DNA from: Gemmatimonadales bacterium
Lineage (GTDB): Bacteria > Gemmatimonadota > Gemmatimonadetes > Gemmatimonadales > GWC2-71-9
NCBI GenBank assembly: GCA_965249575.1
Contig: OZ252244.1
Coordinates: 3,744,001 to 3,808,000 of the forward strand
Direction of reading: 5' to 3'
Length of the DNA stretch: 64,000 nt
Shown here: positions 40,350-49,879 of the stretch, one piece after another
Numbering within the stretch: position 1 is the first letter of the stretch
How the letters are laid out: every line of letters starts with the position of its first letter
Notes under the pieces: model-generated
The model's database searches: none
Seen by the model: only the letters and a program-made list of their open reading frames with translations
What the model was told of the DNA's origin: nothing
Position numbers and translations under genes: made by a program

Positions 40350-42028
40350 TGACGACGACGACGGTTCCCAGCGATATCGCGATTGCGCAGGCGGCGCGCC
40401 CGCGACCGATCGTGGACGTAGCCGCGGACCTCGGCCTCGCTCAGTCGGAGCTGATTCCGTATGGGGAACACATGGCAAAGATCCGCCCCGAATCGGCTCG
40501 GGAGCGTCCCCGCCGCGGAAAGTTGATTCTCGTCACTGGCATCAGCCCTACGGCCGCGGGCGAGGGAAAATCGACGGTGACCGTCGGGCTGACGCAGGCG
40601 TTTCGCCGCCTCGGCCAGAGCGCGGTGTTGTGTATCAGGGAGCCAAGCCTCGGACCTGTGTTTGGTGTCAAGGGGGGCGCCGCCGGCGGCGGCTACGCGC
40701 AGGTCGTCCCGATGGAAGACATCAATTTGCATTTCACCGGCGACTTCCACGCGATCTCCAGTGCTCATAACCTCCTGGCCGCCATGGTGGACAACCACCT
40801 ACACCACGGAAACGATCTCGGTATTGACACCCGCAGGGTTACGTGGCCCCGCACGATCGACATGAACGATCGCGCGCTCCGCGGAACGGTGGTTGGACTT
40901 GGTGGCCCATTGGGTGGCATGCCACGGGAGGATCAGTTCGTCATCACGCCAGCGAGCGAAATCATGGCGATCATGGCGCTTGCCCACGACATCGCGGACC
41001 TGGAGAGCCGCCTCGGTAGGATCATCGTGGGAACGACCATGGACCGGAAGCCGGTGAGGGGGAGTGACCTCAAGGCCCCGGGCGCGATGACCCTTCTGCT
41101 CCGCAGCGCCCTGCTTCCGAATCTCGTGCAGACGCTCGAAGGTGGACCGGCTCTCGTGCACTGTGGCCCGTTTGCCAACATTGCGCATGGGTGCAGCTCG
41201 GTCGTGGCGACCGACCTCGCCCTGCGACTTTGCGATCTCGTGGTAACGGAGGCGGGCTTCGGGGCCGACCTGGGCGCCGAGAAGTTCTTTGATATCAAGT
41301 GTCGCGGTGCGGATTTGGACCCCAAGGTAGCGGTAGTGGTTGCCACCGTGCGTGCGCTCAAGCTCCACGGAGGTGTGCCCAAAGATCATTTGGGGGAGCC
41401 AAGTACGGAGGCGGTCAATCGGGGGGTTGCGAACTTGGCGCGCCATCTGGAAAACCTGGCGAAGTTCGGGGTACCGGCTGTCGTGGCGCTCAATCGGTTC
41501 ACATCCGACGCCTCGGCCGAGATTGAACTCGTCACGTCCCGCTGCGGCGAGCTGAACGTGCCGGTAACGCTGACCGAGGTATGGGAAAAGGGTGGGGAGG
41601 GCGGGGAAGAACTCGCAAATGCGGTTCTATCCATCCTGGAGGAAGGCAAGAGTAGTTTCACTCCCCTGTACGACGTCGCCCTCCCGATCAAGCAGAAGAT
41701 CGAGACGATCGCGCGGGAGATATACGGAGCGGCAGGAGTCGATTTCTCACCGGCGGCGGAGCGGACCGCCCGCCAGCTCGCTGAATTCGGGCTCGCCGAG
41801 ACGCCTGTATGTATCGCGAAGACCCAATACTCCTTCAGTGACGATCCCACGCTCCTCCGCGCACCGTCCGGGTTCCGGTTGAAGGTTCGAAGCCTCTATC
41901 CCTCTGCCGGGGCCGGCTTCGTGGTCGCACTCGCGGGCGATATCATGACGATGCCTGGACTGAGCCGATCACCTGCCGCTGAACGCATGCGCCTCGACAC
42001 CGACGGAACCATCGAAGGCCTATTCTAG
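40349..42028 (+). CDS. fhs: Formate--tetrahydrofolate ligase
   Basis: PTAAGEGKST, REPSLGP, KGGAAGGGYAQ, NLHFTGD, TEAGFGADLGAEKF and IMTMPGL. Confidence 0.97.
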   Translation: MTTTTVPSDIAIAQAARPRPIVDVAADLGLAQSELIPYGEHMAKIRPESARERPRRGKLILVTGISPTAAGEGKSTVTVGLTQAFRRLGQSAVLCIREPSLGPVFGVKGGAAGGGYAQVVPMEDINLHFTGDFHAISSAHNLLAAMVDNHLHHGNDLGIDTRRVTWPRTIDMNDRALRGTVVGLGGPLGGMPREDQFVITPASEIMAIMALAHDIADLESRLGRIIVGTTMDRKPVRGSDLKAPGAMTLLLRSALLPNLVQTLEGGPALVHCGPFANIAHGCSSVVATDLALRLCDLVVTEAGFGADLGAEKFFDIKCRGADLDPKVAVVVATVRALKLHGGVPKDHLGEPSTEAVNRGVANLARHLENLAKFGVPAVVALNRFTSDASAEIELVTSRCGELNVPVTLTEVWEKGGEGGEELANAVLSILEEGKSSFTPLYDVALPIKQKIETIAREIYGAAGVDFSPAAERTARQLAEFGLAETPVCIAKTQYSFSDDPTLLRAPSGFRLKVRSLYPSAGAGFVVALAGDIMTMPGLSRSPAAERMRLDTDGTIEGLF

Positions 42029-42040
42029 GAGGACGAGCCC

Positions 42041-42418
42041 ATGCGCCTGGTATCGACGAAAGCGGCACCCGAGGCGATTGGACCGTACAGCCAGGCGACC
42101 ATGGTCGGCGAGTACGTCTTCACTGCGGGCCAGATCGCATTGAACCCTGAAACCATGGAGCTCGTCGAGGGGGACATCGCCGGGCAGACGGAGCGCGTCC
42201 TCCAGAACCTCGGTGCGGTGCTCACCGCCGCCGGTAGCGGATCGGATCAGGTTGTGAAAACCACTGTCTACCTGACGGACATGGGTCACTTCGTCAAGAT
42301 GAACGAGGTGTACGCTCGGTTCTTCGGAACGCACAGGCCGGCGCGGGCGACCGTTGCCGTCGCCTCGTTGCCGAAGAACGCCCTGGTCGAAATTGACGCG
42401 ATCGCGATGAGGCGGTGA
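42041..42418 (+). CDS. ridA: RidA/YjgF enamine deaminase
   Basis: APEAIGPYSQA, VVKTTVYL, PARATV and LVEID. Confidence 0.93.
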   Translation: MRLVSTKAAPEAIGPYSQATMVGEYVFTAGQIALNPETMELVEGDIAGQTERVLQNLGAVLTAAGSGSDQVVKTTVYLTDMGHFVKMNEVYARFFGTHRPARATVAVASLPKNALVEIDAIAMRR

Positions 42419-42429
42419 CACATCGGTGT

Positions 42430-42526
42430 GGGGGCGGATTGGGCCTGGTGGCCCGCGCGGTCTTCAAAACCGCCGGGAGGCGCCCGTGGCGGCTCCGGTG
42501 GGTTCGATTCCCACACGCTCCCGCCA
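42430..42526 (+). tRNA. selC: tRNA-Sec (anticodon UCA)
   Basis: 97 nt; 6-bp D-stem with TGGT loop; anticodon loop CT-TCA-AA; long variable arm; GTGGG-TTCGATT-CCCAC T-arm; 8-position acceptor stem; G discriminator and encoded CCA. Confidence 0.95.
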
Positions 42527-42540
42527 TGCGGCCCCGCAAC

Positions 42541-43086
42541 ATGATCAGGACGGATATCGGGCACCGTATCCTTCGATGCTGCGCGATCATCTCTGTGCTG
42601 GCCTTGGGCACCTCCCGAGTGAGTTTGGGACAAATACCCATCCCGATTCCCCAACCGTCCCAGGTACCCGACAGCACGGGTGCCGATACCATACAGGTTC
42701 CGATATTTCGAATCGATCCACCGGTGTCGCCGCTGGGCGCGGCGATGCGATCGCTACTCCTACCTGGGTGGGGCCAGGCCGTGCTCGATCGCCGAGTAAC
42801 GGGAGCGTTCTTCGTATTCTGGGAAGGGGTCACCCTGACCATGACACTGAAAGCGTCGCACCAACTCAGTCACCTCGAGGCGATCGAGGCCGAAAGGGTA
42901 GAGGACAAGCGACAGGAGATACAGGATTGGGCGGTCTTACTCGCCTTCAACCACCTTTTGGCCGCGGCCGAAGCCTATGTCTCGGCGATGCTGTGGGACT
43001 TTCCGGCCGAGCTCGAGATGAGGGCTCTGCCGAACGGGGCGTTCGGGTTAGGCCTGCGAGTGACCCCGGGCGGAGTGGTCCCCTAA
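42541..43086 (+). CDS. Hypothetical exported/membrane protein (DUF5683-like); start 42526 or 42541
   Basis: Signal-like N-terminus; RSLLLPGWGQ motif; AEAYVSA. Confidence 0.72.
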   Translation: MIRTDIGHRILRCCAIISVLALGTSRVSLGQIPIPIPQPSQVPDSTGADTIQVPIFRIDPPVSPLGAAMRSLLLPGWGQAVLDRRVTGAFFVFWEGVTLTMTLKASHQLSHLEAIEAERVEDKRQEIQDWAVLLAFNHLLAAAEAYVSAMLWDFPAELEMRALPNGAFGLGLRVTPGGVVP

Positions 43087-43820
43087 TCCGGGGAATACTG
43101 GCACAGGGCGGGACCCTGCTGGCCGATCAAAGCGTACCGGAGTCCCTCCATCCAAGCCCCGGGGTTCAAATACCATCGATTAGTACCGACCGACTCGAGC
43201 GCGGGCCGGTGGGTATGGCTCAGCACTACCAGGTCCAAGTCATCCCGCTTCGCAAGCAGTCTGCGGGCATAGCTCGCTTGAGCACCCGCCGCTGCGTCCA
43301 GGGTGGGGCCGCGCCGCGTGTTCTGAGCGAAAGCGCGGGAGAGCCTTCTGGCGAGTCGGAAGCCCGCGTCAGGATGGATCATGCGGAATACCGCGCTGGT
43401 AGCTGGCAGGCGGGTGATCGTATTGAGAAGCTGGCTAGCCATCGACCGTTCGCAGAGGCCGTCACCGTGGGCGACGAGTGCCCGCCATCCGGCGAGCTTG
43501 AGCTCGATGGATCCGGCGTCGTACCGAGCACCCAGTTCATCTCTCCAGAAATCACCCCCCCATCGGTCGTGGTTGCCGCCCGTGATCGTGAGGTCGACGC
43601 CGGCGGCGCGCACCTGCAGGAGGTCGGAAAGCACTGCAAACGTCCGGCGGGGAATCACCGACCGGTACTCGAACCAGAAATCGAAGAGGTCGCCGTTGAT
43701 GATCAGGTGGTTGCCCAGTTCCGGCACATGCCGCAAGAAAGACCGGAACGAGTCGGTCACCGCGTTAGGGGCCTGGCCGAGATGAGCATCCGAGACGATG
43801 ACGACGGTTTCCACGGGCAC
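43083..43820 (-). CDS. lpxH: UDP-2,3-diacylglucosamine hydrolase (LpxH-type metallophosphoesterase)
   Basis: SDAHLG, GDLFDFWFEY, GNHD, AHGDG, SHTH and NPGAW. Confidence 0.88.
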   Translation of the reverse strand: MPVETVVIVSDAHLGQAPNAVTDSFRSFLRHVPELGNHLIINGDLFDFWFEYRSVIPRRTFAVLSDLLQVRAAGVDLTITGGNHDRWGGDFWRDELGARYDAGSIELKLAGWRALVAHGDGLCERSMASQLLNTITRLPATSAVFRMIHPDAGFRLARRLSRAFAQNTRRGPTLDAAAGAQASYARRLLAKRDDLDLVVLSHTHRPALESVGTNRWYLNPGAWMEGLRYALIGQQGPALCQYSPD

Positions 43821-43916
43821 GCCTCAGTATACGAGCCGGCTGAGGAACACCGCAACGTCTTGTCGTATCTGACGTTTCACTCACAAATCCGCTTCATCGC
43901 GGGGCGGTGAGAGTCC

Positions 43917-44348
43917 GTGGACATGCCTCCAGGAGTGACCGTCGACGAGGTGCGGGTTCGATACGCCGAAACCGACCAGATGGGGATTGCGCACCACTCG
44001 AATTACCTGATCTGGTCCGAGGCAGCACGCACCAACCACATGCACAGGCAAGGAGTGAGTTACCGATCGCTGGAGGAGGGCGGGCTGCTTCTTGTGGTGG
44101 TGGATGCAAAGCTCCGCTTTCGCGCTCCGGCGCACTTCGACGACCTGCTGGACGTTTGGTGCTGGGTTCGCGATCTGCATCGCCGCCGCGTCCGCTTCGG
44201 ATATGCCGTATTCCGGCAGGGGACCGGCAAGTGCTTAGCTACGGTACAGACCTCACTCGTGGCATTAGATTCGAGCCATGCCCTCAGCACGTTACCAGAC
44301 GCGGTGCGCGATCGGCTCGTCGTTACGCCTGACCCTGTGCGTCTGTAG
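43917..44348 (+). CDS. Acyl-CoA thioesterase (YbgC/FadM hot-dog family)
   Basis: VRYAETDQMGIAHHSNYLIWSEAAR. Confidence 0.9.
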   Translation: MDMPPGVTVDEVRVRYAETDQMGIAHHSNYLIWSEAARTNHMHRQGVSYRSLEEGGLLLVVVDAKLRFRAPAHFDDLLDVWCWVRDLHRRRVRFGYAVFRQGTGKCLATVQTSLVALDSSHALSTLPDAVRDRLVVTPDPVRL

Positions 44349-46374
44349 CCTCACCTTCGCCGGAGTGCACGATGCTGCGGCACAGCAGGACGAGCCGCTG
44401 GTGGAGATACTTGCCAAGCTGCTTGCCGCCGAGGACGCACGTGACTTCCAGGAGGGGCTCTTCGGAGAGGCCGCCCGGCACGACGCGTGGTTGGTGCGGC
44501 GGCGGGCTGCGCTTGCGATGGGACGTATCCGCGACAAGGCAGCAACCGAGATGCTCCTCGATCTGCTGAGCGATTCCGAAGAGACGGTCGCCGTCGCGGC
44601 GGCGTTTGCCTTGGGCCTTCTCGGAGACACGGCGGCGCTACCGCGCCTGAAGGATCTGGTGCTCAGACCTCGGCCCGCGGAGCAAGGGGCGGTCGAGTCG
44701 GAGGCGGTCGCGGCTGTCGGGCGCATCGGCGGAGAGGAAGCAGCTCAGGTCTTCGCCGAGATTCTCGGGCGGGGCATTTCGCGAATGGGGGGGGACGAAC
44801 TGTCGCCGGTCACGGAACGGGGCTTGGCGGAGTTCTGGCGTCTGGGAGACGTTGCGCCGGCGGACCTGATCGCGGCCTATGCGGCGTCACCGAATCCGGA
44901 AATTCGCTGGCGGGTCGTTTACGGATTGGGGAGACTGCAGACATCCCAGGCCGCGGGCGTCCTCGTCGGGGCGACAACCGACAGCGTCGCTCGGGTACGT
45001 GCCGCCGCGGTCCGCGCGATGACCTCGCAGTATGGAGATTCGGCGGGTGGTCGTGCGGAAGTTTTCCTCAGTCGCGTGCGCCTACTTACAGCCGATCCCG
45101 ATCCGCTGGTTCGGATTCAGGCGCTACGGGCGTTGGGTACGTATGCCGGAGCGGGCGAAATCTCAAATCTGGCGGACCGGCTCAACGACGCGCACCCGAA
45201 CGTTCGGGTTGCGGCGGTGGCGGCACTCGCCGAGCTCATGAGCAGCGCGGCTGCGGGCGTGCTGGAAGTCCACGCCCGAAATCGATCTTGGGCATTGAAG
45301 CGACCGGCTTTGCGGGGGTTGGTGATGATCAGTCCGCCCGCCGCCATGCCAATCATCTCCGAGATGGCCGATAGCGAGGATTGGCGCGCGCGCCTGACGG
45401 CTGCCGAAGCGCTCGCGCAGGCGGCCCCGCACCTGGCGCAAGAAATCCTCGAGCGCCTGGTGCAGGATACCGATCCCCGCGTTGCCGGCGCCGCACTCAA
45501 CGCGCTGATCGAGGTGAACCCGGAGACAGGCCAGCTTCAATCCGCGGCATTGCTCAGCCACGAGGATCCCGTCGTTCGCATGGTTGCCGCATTGTACCTC
45601 GGCGATGTCGGCGGGCTCAAACATCTCGAACGATTGGTTGACGCGTTTGCCCGCGCGCAGGCCGACGAGTGGTACGGCGCCCGAGTTGCGACGGTTGAGG
45701 CGTTGGGCCGGATCGCTGCTCAGGGCGTGGCAGAACGAGACGCCGTGGTAGCACGTCTCCTGGCACGAGTCCCAACCGCCGATGACTACCTCGCCCGGAG
45801 GGCCGCGGAAGAGCACCTGCCGCAGATGTCTGATGGTTGGGAGGACAGCACGCCCATCGCGACTGGGCGGGGCCCCGGGGACTACCGAGACATCGTGCGC
45901 CGTATCTTGCTCCCCGCCGCCCGGGGGCTCAAGCCGGTGCTCGTCTTGGAAACCGATCGGGGAGAGCTTACGATCGAGTTACAGGCCCTGGACGCGCCCC
46001 TTTCCGTCGATGCGATACTGCGGCTCGCCGTTCGCCGGTACTTCGACGGGATGATCTGGCATCGGGTAATTCCTGGCTTCGTGATCCAGTCAGGGGATCC
46101 TAGGGGAGATGGCTGGGGCGGCCCGGGGTATACCCTCCGGGACGAACTGAGCCCGTGGTCCTACACGCGCGGGACCGTCGGCCTGGTCCTAGCCGGGCCG
46201 GACACCGGCGGCAGTCAGTTCTTCGTAACGCTAGGTCGGGAGCCTCATCTCGACGGAGCGTATCCCGTGGTTGGCAACATCGAATCGGGAAACGACCTGC
46301 TCGACGTCATCACCCTCGGGGACGGAATTCGCCGAATTGCCCTGTCTCAACGCGCGCCCGGTGCCGCCAATTGA
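44278..46374 (+). CDS. Exported HEAT-repeat protein with a C-terminal cyclophilin-type PPIase domain
   Basis: Signal ending AAA-Q; many HEAT repeats; HRVIPGFVIQSGDPRGDG, GGSQFF and HLDG. Confidence 0.88.
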   Translation: MPSARYQTRCAIGSSLRLTLCVCSLTFAGVHDAAAQQDEPLVEILAKLLAAEDARDFQEGLFGEAARHDAWLVRRRAALAMGRIRDKAATEMLLDLLSDSEETVAVAAAFALGLLGDTAALPRLKDLVLRPRPAEQGAVESEAVAAVGRIGGEEAAQVFAEILGRGISRMGGDELSPVTERGLAEFWRLGDVAPADLIAAYAASPNPEIRWRVVYGLGRLQTSQAAGVLVGATTDSVARVRAAAVRAMTSQYGDSAGGRAEVFLSRVRLLTADPDPLVRIQALRALGTYAGAGEISNLADRLNDAHPNVRVAAVAALAELMSSAAAGVLEVHARNRSWALKRPALRGLVMISPPAAMPIISEMADSEDWRARLTAAEALAQAAPHLAQEILERLVQDTDPRVAGAALNALIEVNPETGQLQSAALLSHEDPVVRMVAALYLGDVGGLKHLERLVDAFARAQADEWYGARVATVEALGRIAAQGVAERDAVVARLLARVPTADDYLARRAAEEHLPQMSDGWEDSTPIATGRGPGDYRDIVRRILLPAARGLKPVLVLETDRGELTIELQALDAPLSVDAILRLAVRRYFDGMIWHRVIPGFVIQSGDPRGDGWGGPGYTLRDELSPWSYTRGTVGLVLAGPDTGGSQFFVTLGREPHLDGAYPVVGNIESGNDLLDVITLGDGIRRIALSQRAPGAAN

Positions 46375-46506
46375 GTACCGCCGTACCAATCGTGTAGAAT
46401 GGAGTTGTATTTGCAACCACACTCGGATCCTTCACCGATCGCCTCGAACGTGGACCCCGCCACCGAGCCGCGCGCGTGGTGTCCGCTGACTGCGTATTAA
46501 CTGCCG

Positions 46507-47232
46507 ATGCCACAACACGTTGTGCTTGACCCACGACCCAGCGACACCTATTATGCCGTCGCGGTTTGTGGGCTTTTGGGCCTGACGGCGTGCCGTGGCT
46601 TGCCACCGACGATCGCGCCGGCCGGCCTTGAACCGCTGCCGGAGAGCGTTGTCGAGACGTGGGTGAGCAGGTTCGCGCTCCACGGCCCGGTGCGGTACGA
46701 CATCCGGTGGAGGCTGATCAACGACCGTGGCGCCGCTGCTGGTCGGGCTGCCGTGCGGCTCGTGCCTCCGGATTCGATGCGCTTCGACTTCCGAGGGCCC
46801 TTCGGGCGTTCCGGCGCGGCCATGGTCGTCGGGGACTCCGCGCTATGGATTCAGCCCGAGAGTAGCATGCAGGGAGTCGTTCGGGTGGCCCCTCTTTTTT
46901 GGGCGGCGTTAGGTGTTCCGCTGAAACCGCCCGCCGGGAGCGAGACGTTTGGCACTAATGCCCAGGACCGGCGTGCGTGGCGCTATCTCGTGGGGCAGGA
47001 CACCTTTAATTTCGTGGATAGGACGGCGGAGGGAACGCCGCCACGCCTTTTGGCGGAGCTCCGGCGCGCGGGAAAGCCCGTGGGCATCACAAACACACGA
47101 TTCAGTGCCGAAACTGGCGTCCCCGTCGAGGCGAGGATGGACTTCCCGCTCGACGCCTCTCGGTTCTCCTTCACGGTGGAAGCCGTTGATACGCTCGAGA
47201 CGCCGGATCCGGCTATTTGGGAACGTCCATAA
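46507..47232 (+). CDS. Hypothetical lipoprotein (possible LolA/LolB-like beta fold)
   Basis: Lipobox LTAC; 'PPDSMRFDFRGPFG' beta-rich body; precedes lptE. Confidence 0.7.
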   Translation: MPQHVVLDPRPSDTYYAVAVCGLLGLTACRGLPPTIAPAGLEPLPESVVETWVSRFALHGPVRYDIRWRLINDRGAAAGRAAVRLVPPDSMRFDFRGPFGRSGAAMVVGDSALWIQPESSMQGVVRVAPLFWAALGVPLKPPAGSETFGTNAQDRRAWRYLVGQDTFNFVDRTAEGTPPRLLAELRRAGKPVGITNTRFSAETGVPVEARMDFPLDASRFSFTVEAVDTLETPDPAIWERP

Positions 47233-47719
47233 CCGAGGGCTCGCCGCGGTGCTCGGACTCGTGACGTCGGGGTGCCTCTACGGGTTCGCAGGCGGGGGCC
47301 TACCATCGCACATCCGGACGGTGGCGATACTCCCCTTCGACAATCAGACGACCGAACCCGTGCTCACGCAGGAGGTCGCCGACGCTCTCAAGGAAGCGAT
47401 GGAGAGTCGGCTCGGTCTGCGGGCGGCCGCTGAGGCGACCGCGGATGCGGTGGTTCGCGGAGCGATCACTCGCTACTCCGCTGACATTCCCCTCTCGTTT
47501 CAACCGGGGGTGCGAGGCAACGTCTCGGTGACGCGTCGTCGGGTACAGCTCACGCTGAGCGTGGAGATCCTCGACCAACAGGAGGGGCGCACGCTGTGGG
47601 AGCGTTCTGGCTTGACGGTGGATGGGGAGTACCAACCGCCGCAGGAATCCAGTGGTCGACAGGTCGCACTGGACAAGCTGGTCAACGATATCGTTGACGG
47701 GGCGCAATCGCAGTGGTGA
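47186..47719 (+). CDS. lptE: LPS-assembly lipoprotein LptE family; start uncertain (TTG 47186 chosen)
   Basis: Lipobox TSGC-LYGF; LPSHIRTVAILPFDNQT; ADAVVRGAI; ends SQW. Confidence 0.75.
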   Translation: MIRSRRRIRLFGNVHNRGLAAVLGLVTSGCLYGFAGGGLPSHIRTVAILPFDNQTTEPVLTQEVADALKEAMESRLGLRAAAEATADAVVRGAITRYSADIPLSFQPGVRGNVSVTRRRVQLTLSVEILDQQEGRTLWERSGLTVDGEYQPPQESSGRQVALDKLVNDIVDGAQSQW

Positions 47720-48087
47720 AGCCTCTTACGCGAAGTGCCGGGCGAGGGATGTCTAAACTGGGCTGCCTCTTGGTGCTCGTCATTCTCGGTACCGGGGTCT
47801 ACTACGGCATTCCCGTGACCTCGTCATACATGCGTTACTTCCGGCTGCTGGACGAGATGAAAATGCAGGCCCGATTCGCACCTGGACTCGACAACCCGGT
47901 CATTCGCCGTCGGCTCGTCGCCCAAGCCGACGAGTTGCGGCTGCCCCCCGACGCGAGAAAATTCTCGATCCGGCGCCGCGGCCGCCCGCGGGAGATTACC
48001 ATCACGACGTCCTGGCAGGAAACCTTCACGTTTCCGTTCTACACGCACACCATCACGTTCCGACCCGAGGCGAAGGCTCCGCTCTAA
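47713..48087 (+). CDS. Small single-TM protein with a prepilin-like N-terminus (DUF4845-like)
   Basis: Basic leader RSAGRG followed by a hydrophobic helix MSKLGCLLVLVILG. Confidence 0.68.
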   Translation: MVKPLTRSAGRGMSKLGCLLVLVILGTGVYYGIPVTSSYMRYFRLLDEMKMQARFAPGLDNPVIRRRLVAQADELRLPPDARKFSIRRRGRPREITITTSWQETFTFPFYTHTITFRPEAKAPL

Positions 48088-48092
48088 CGGGA

Positions 48093-49409
48093 ATGACGCT
48101 CGCTCGTCCGGTCTCCTTCGCCGCCATCCTCGTTCCGCTGGTCCCGCTCCCCGTGTGGGCGGTGGCGGCGGAAACCGGGGACGAATCCGGGATAACCCGC
48201 CTGTTCTTTGTGCTCGGTATCATGCTGCTCGTGGGCAAGCTCTCAGGCGAGGCATTCGAGCGCATCGGCCAGCCCGCGGTCCTCGGCGAATTGATCGCCG
48301 GCGTCGCGTTGGGCGTAGGGATGCTGGATGTCATCCCGACCGCCTCTGGAGATCCGCTGACCTCGGTCGTTCAGACGCTGGCCGAGATCGGAGTCGTAGT
48401 ACTGCTCTTCGAGATCGGCCTTCAAACCGACCTCAAACAACTCTTTCGGGTCGGTCGGGGCGCGTCGGCGGTGGCCGTCGTGGGAGTCACTGTTCCGTTC
48501 CTACTTGGGTTCGCATACTGGCTCTCCCCGCTCGTAGGACCCGACGTCAACGTTGCCGACCGAACGCTTACGGCGATCTTCGTCGGTGCGACGATGACGG
48601 CGACGTCGGTCGGGATCACCGCGAGAGTCTTAAGTGACATGAACCTGATGCGGACCATCGAGTCACAGCTCATCATCGGTGCAGCGGTGATCGACGACGT
48701 ATTGGGGTTGGTGATTCTTGGTCTCGTGTCGTCGCTCGCCGCGGGTGTCGCGGTTTCCGGTCTGCAAGTCGGGCGCTCGCTAGCGGTGGCAGTGGGGTTC
48801 CTCGTGGTCGCTGTGGCGGTGGGCGTGGTCGTGGCACCAAAGATCTTCGGCATCATCGACAGAATGCGCGTGCGCGGAGTACTCCTGGTGTCCGCGTTTT
48901 CCTTCACACTCTTTCTCTCCGCCCTCGCCGATGTGGCGGGATCGGCCATGATTATCGGGGCCTTCGCTGCCGGCCTAATCCTCTCCGGAACCAACCAGTT
49001 CGAGGCTATCGAGGAACGCATTCGCCCGGTCGCCGACATCGTGACGCCCATATTCTTTCTCAGCGTGGGTGCACAACTGGACGTGCGCCTGCTGAACCCA
49101 CTTGATCCGGCGAATCTTGGCAACCTCGGAATGGGGCTGGCGCTGCTGGCCCTAGGCGTCGTAGGCAAAGTCATCGCCGGGTGGGCGGTGCCCTGGCGGC
49201 GGTATAACCGCGTGACGGTCGGTCTCGGAATGATGCCTCGCGGAGAGGTCGGTTTGATCTTTGCCAACGTGGGATTGACGGCCGCCGTGTTCTCGACTGG
49301 AGCCTTCGGTGCTATCCTCATAATGGTCGTCGGTTCCACCCTGGTCGCTCCACCTTTACTCAAGTGGAGTGTGGCAAAGTGGGGAAGTAACGAACCGCCG
49401 GCCGCATGA
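48093..49409 (+). CDS. Cation:proton antiporter (CPA2/NapA-like)
   Basis: QPAVLGELIAG, LLFEIGL, TATSVGITA, AAVIDD, PIFF and GMMPRGEVG. Confidence 0.92.
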   Translation: MTLARPVSFAAILVPLVPLPVWAVAAETGDESGITRLFFVLGIMLLVGKLSGEAFERIGQPAVLGELIAGVALGVGMLDVIPTASGDPLTSVVQTLAEIGVVVLLFEIGLQTDLKQLFRVGRGASAVAVVGVTVPFLLGFAYWLSPLVGPDVNVADRTLTAIFVGATMTATSVGITARVLSDMNLMRTIESQLIIGAAVIDDVLGLVILGLVSSLAAGVAVSGLQVGRSLAVAVGFLVVAVAVGVVVAPKIFGIIDRMRVRGVLLVSAFSFTLFLSALADVAGSAMIIGAFAAGLILSGTNQFEAIEERIRPVADIVTPIFFLSVGAQLDVRLLNPLDPANLGNLGMGLALLALGVVGKVIAGWAVPWRRYNRVTVGLGMMPRGEVGLIFANVGLTAAVFSTGAFGAILIMVVGSTLVAPPLLKWSVAKWGSNEPPAA

Positions 49410-49879
49410 CCGGGCAAAAGATTCGAGCGCGCAAGGCGGCCTCCGATTGGCGCCAAACGGTGGACGGGCCAGTCGTGTTCACGAACGGGGTTTTCGACAT
49501 ACTGCACGCGGGACACGTTAAGCTGATCGAGGAAGCGCGAGCCTGCGGCGCTGCGCTCGTGGTCGGTATCAACGACGACGAGTCGGTTAGGCGACTCGGC
49601 AAAGGCCTCGACCGACCAATTGTTCCGGCCCGTTCGCGAGCCCGGGTCCTGGCTGCGCTGGAGGCCGTGGACTGCGTCGTCCTGTTCCCCGAACGAACCC
49701 CCGTACGGCTGATTGATGCGCTCGCACCAGACGTGCTTGTTAAGGGCGCGGACTATCAAACCGGCGAGATTCCCGGTCGCGTAGCGGTCGAAGCCGCGGG
49801 GGGGAGGGTGGTAACGGTCGCGCTCGAAGAAGGTCAATCCACCACTGCGTTGATCGAGAGGATCCGTGCCTCGACCTGA
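49406..49879 (+). CDS. rfaE2: D-glycero-beta-D-manno-heptose 1-phosphate adenylyltransferase (stand-alone RfaE2/HldC)
   Basis: FTNGVFDILHAGH, INDDESVRRLGKG, PDVLVKGADY and STT. Confidence 0.9.
   Translation: MTGQKIRARKAASDWRQTVDGPVVFTNGVFDILHAGHVKLIEEARACGAALVVGINDDESVRRLGKGLDRPIVPARSRARVLAALEAVDCVVLFPERTPVRLIDALAPDVLVKGADYQTGEIPGRVAVEAAGGRVVTVALEEGQSTTALIERIRAST

Noticed and set aside
42426..43910. 494-aa plus-strand ORF
   Set aside because: It overlaps tRNA-Sec, a better ORF and antisense lpxH; a high-GC shadow frame with no motifs.
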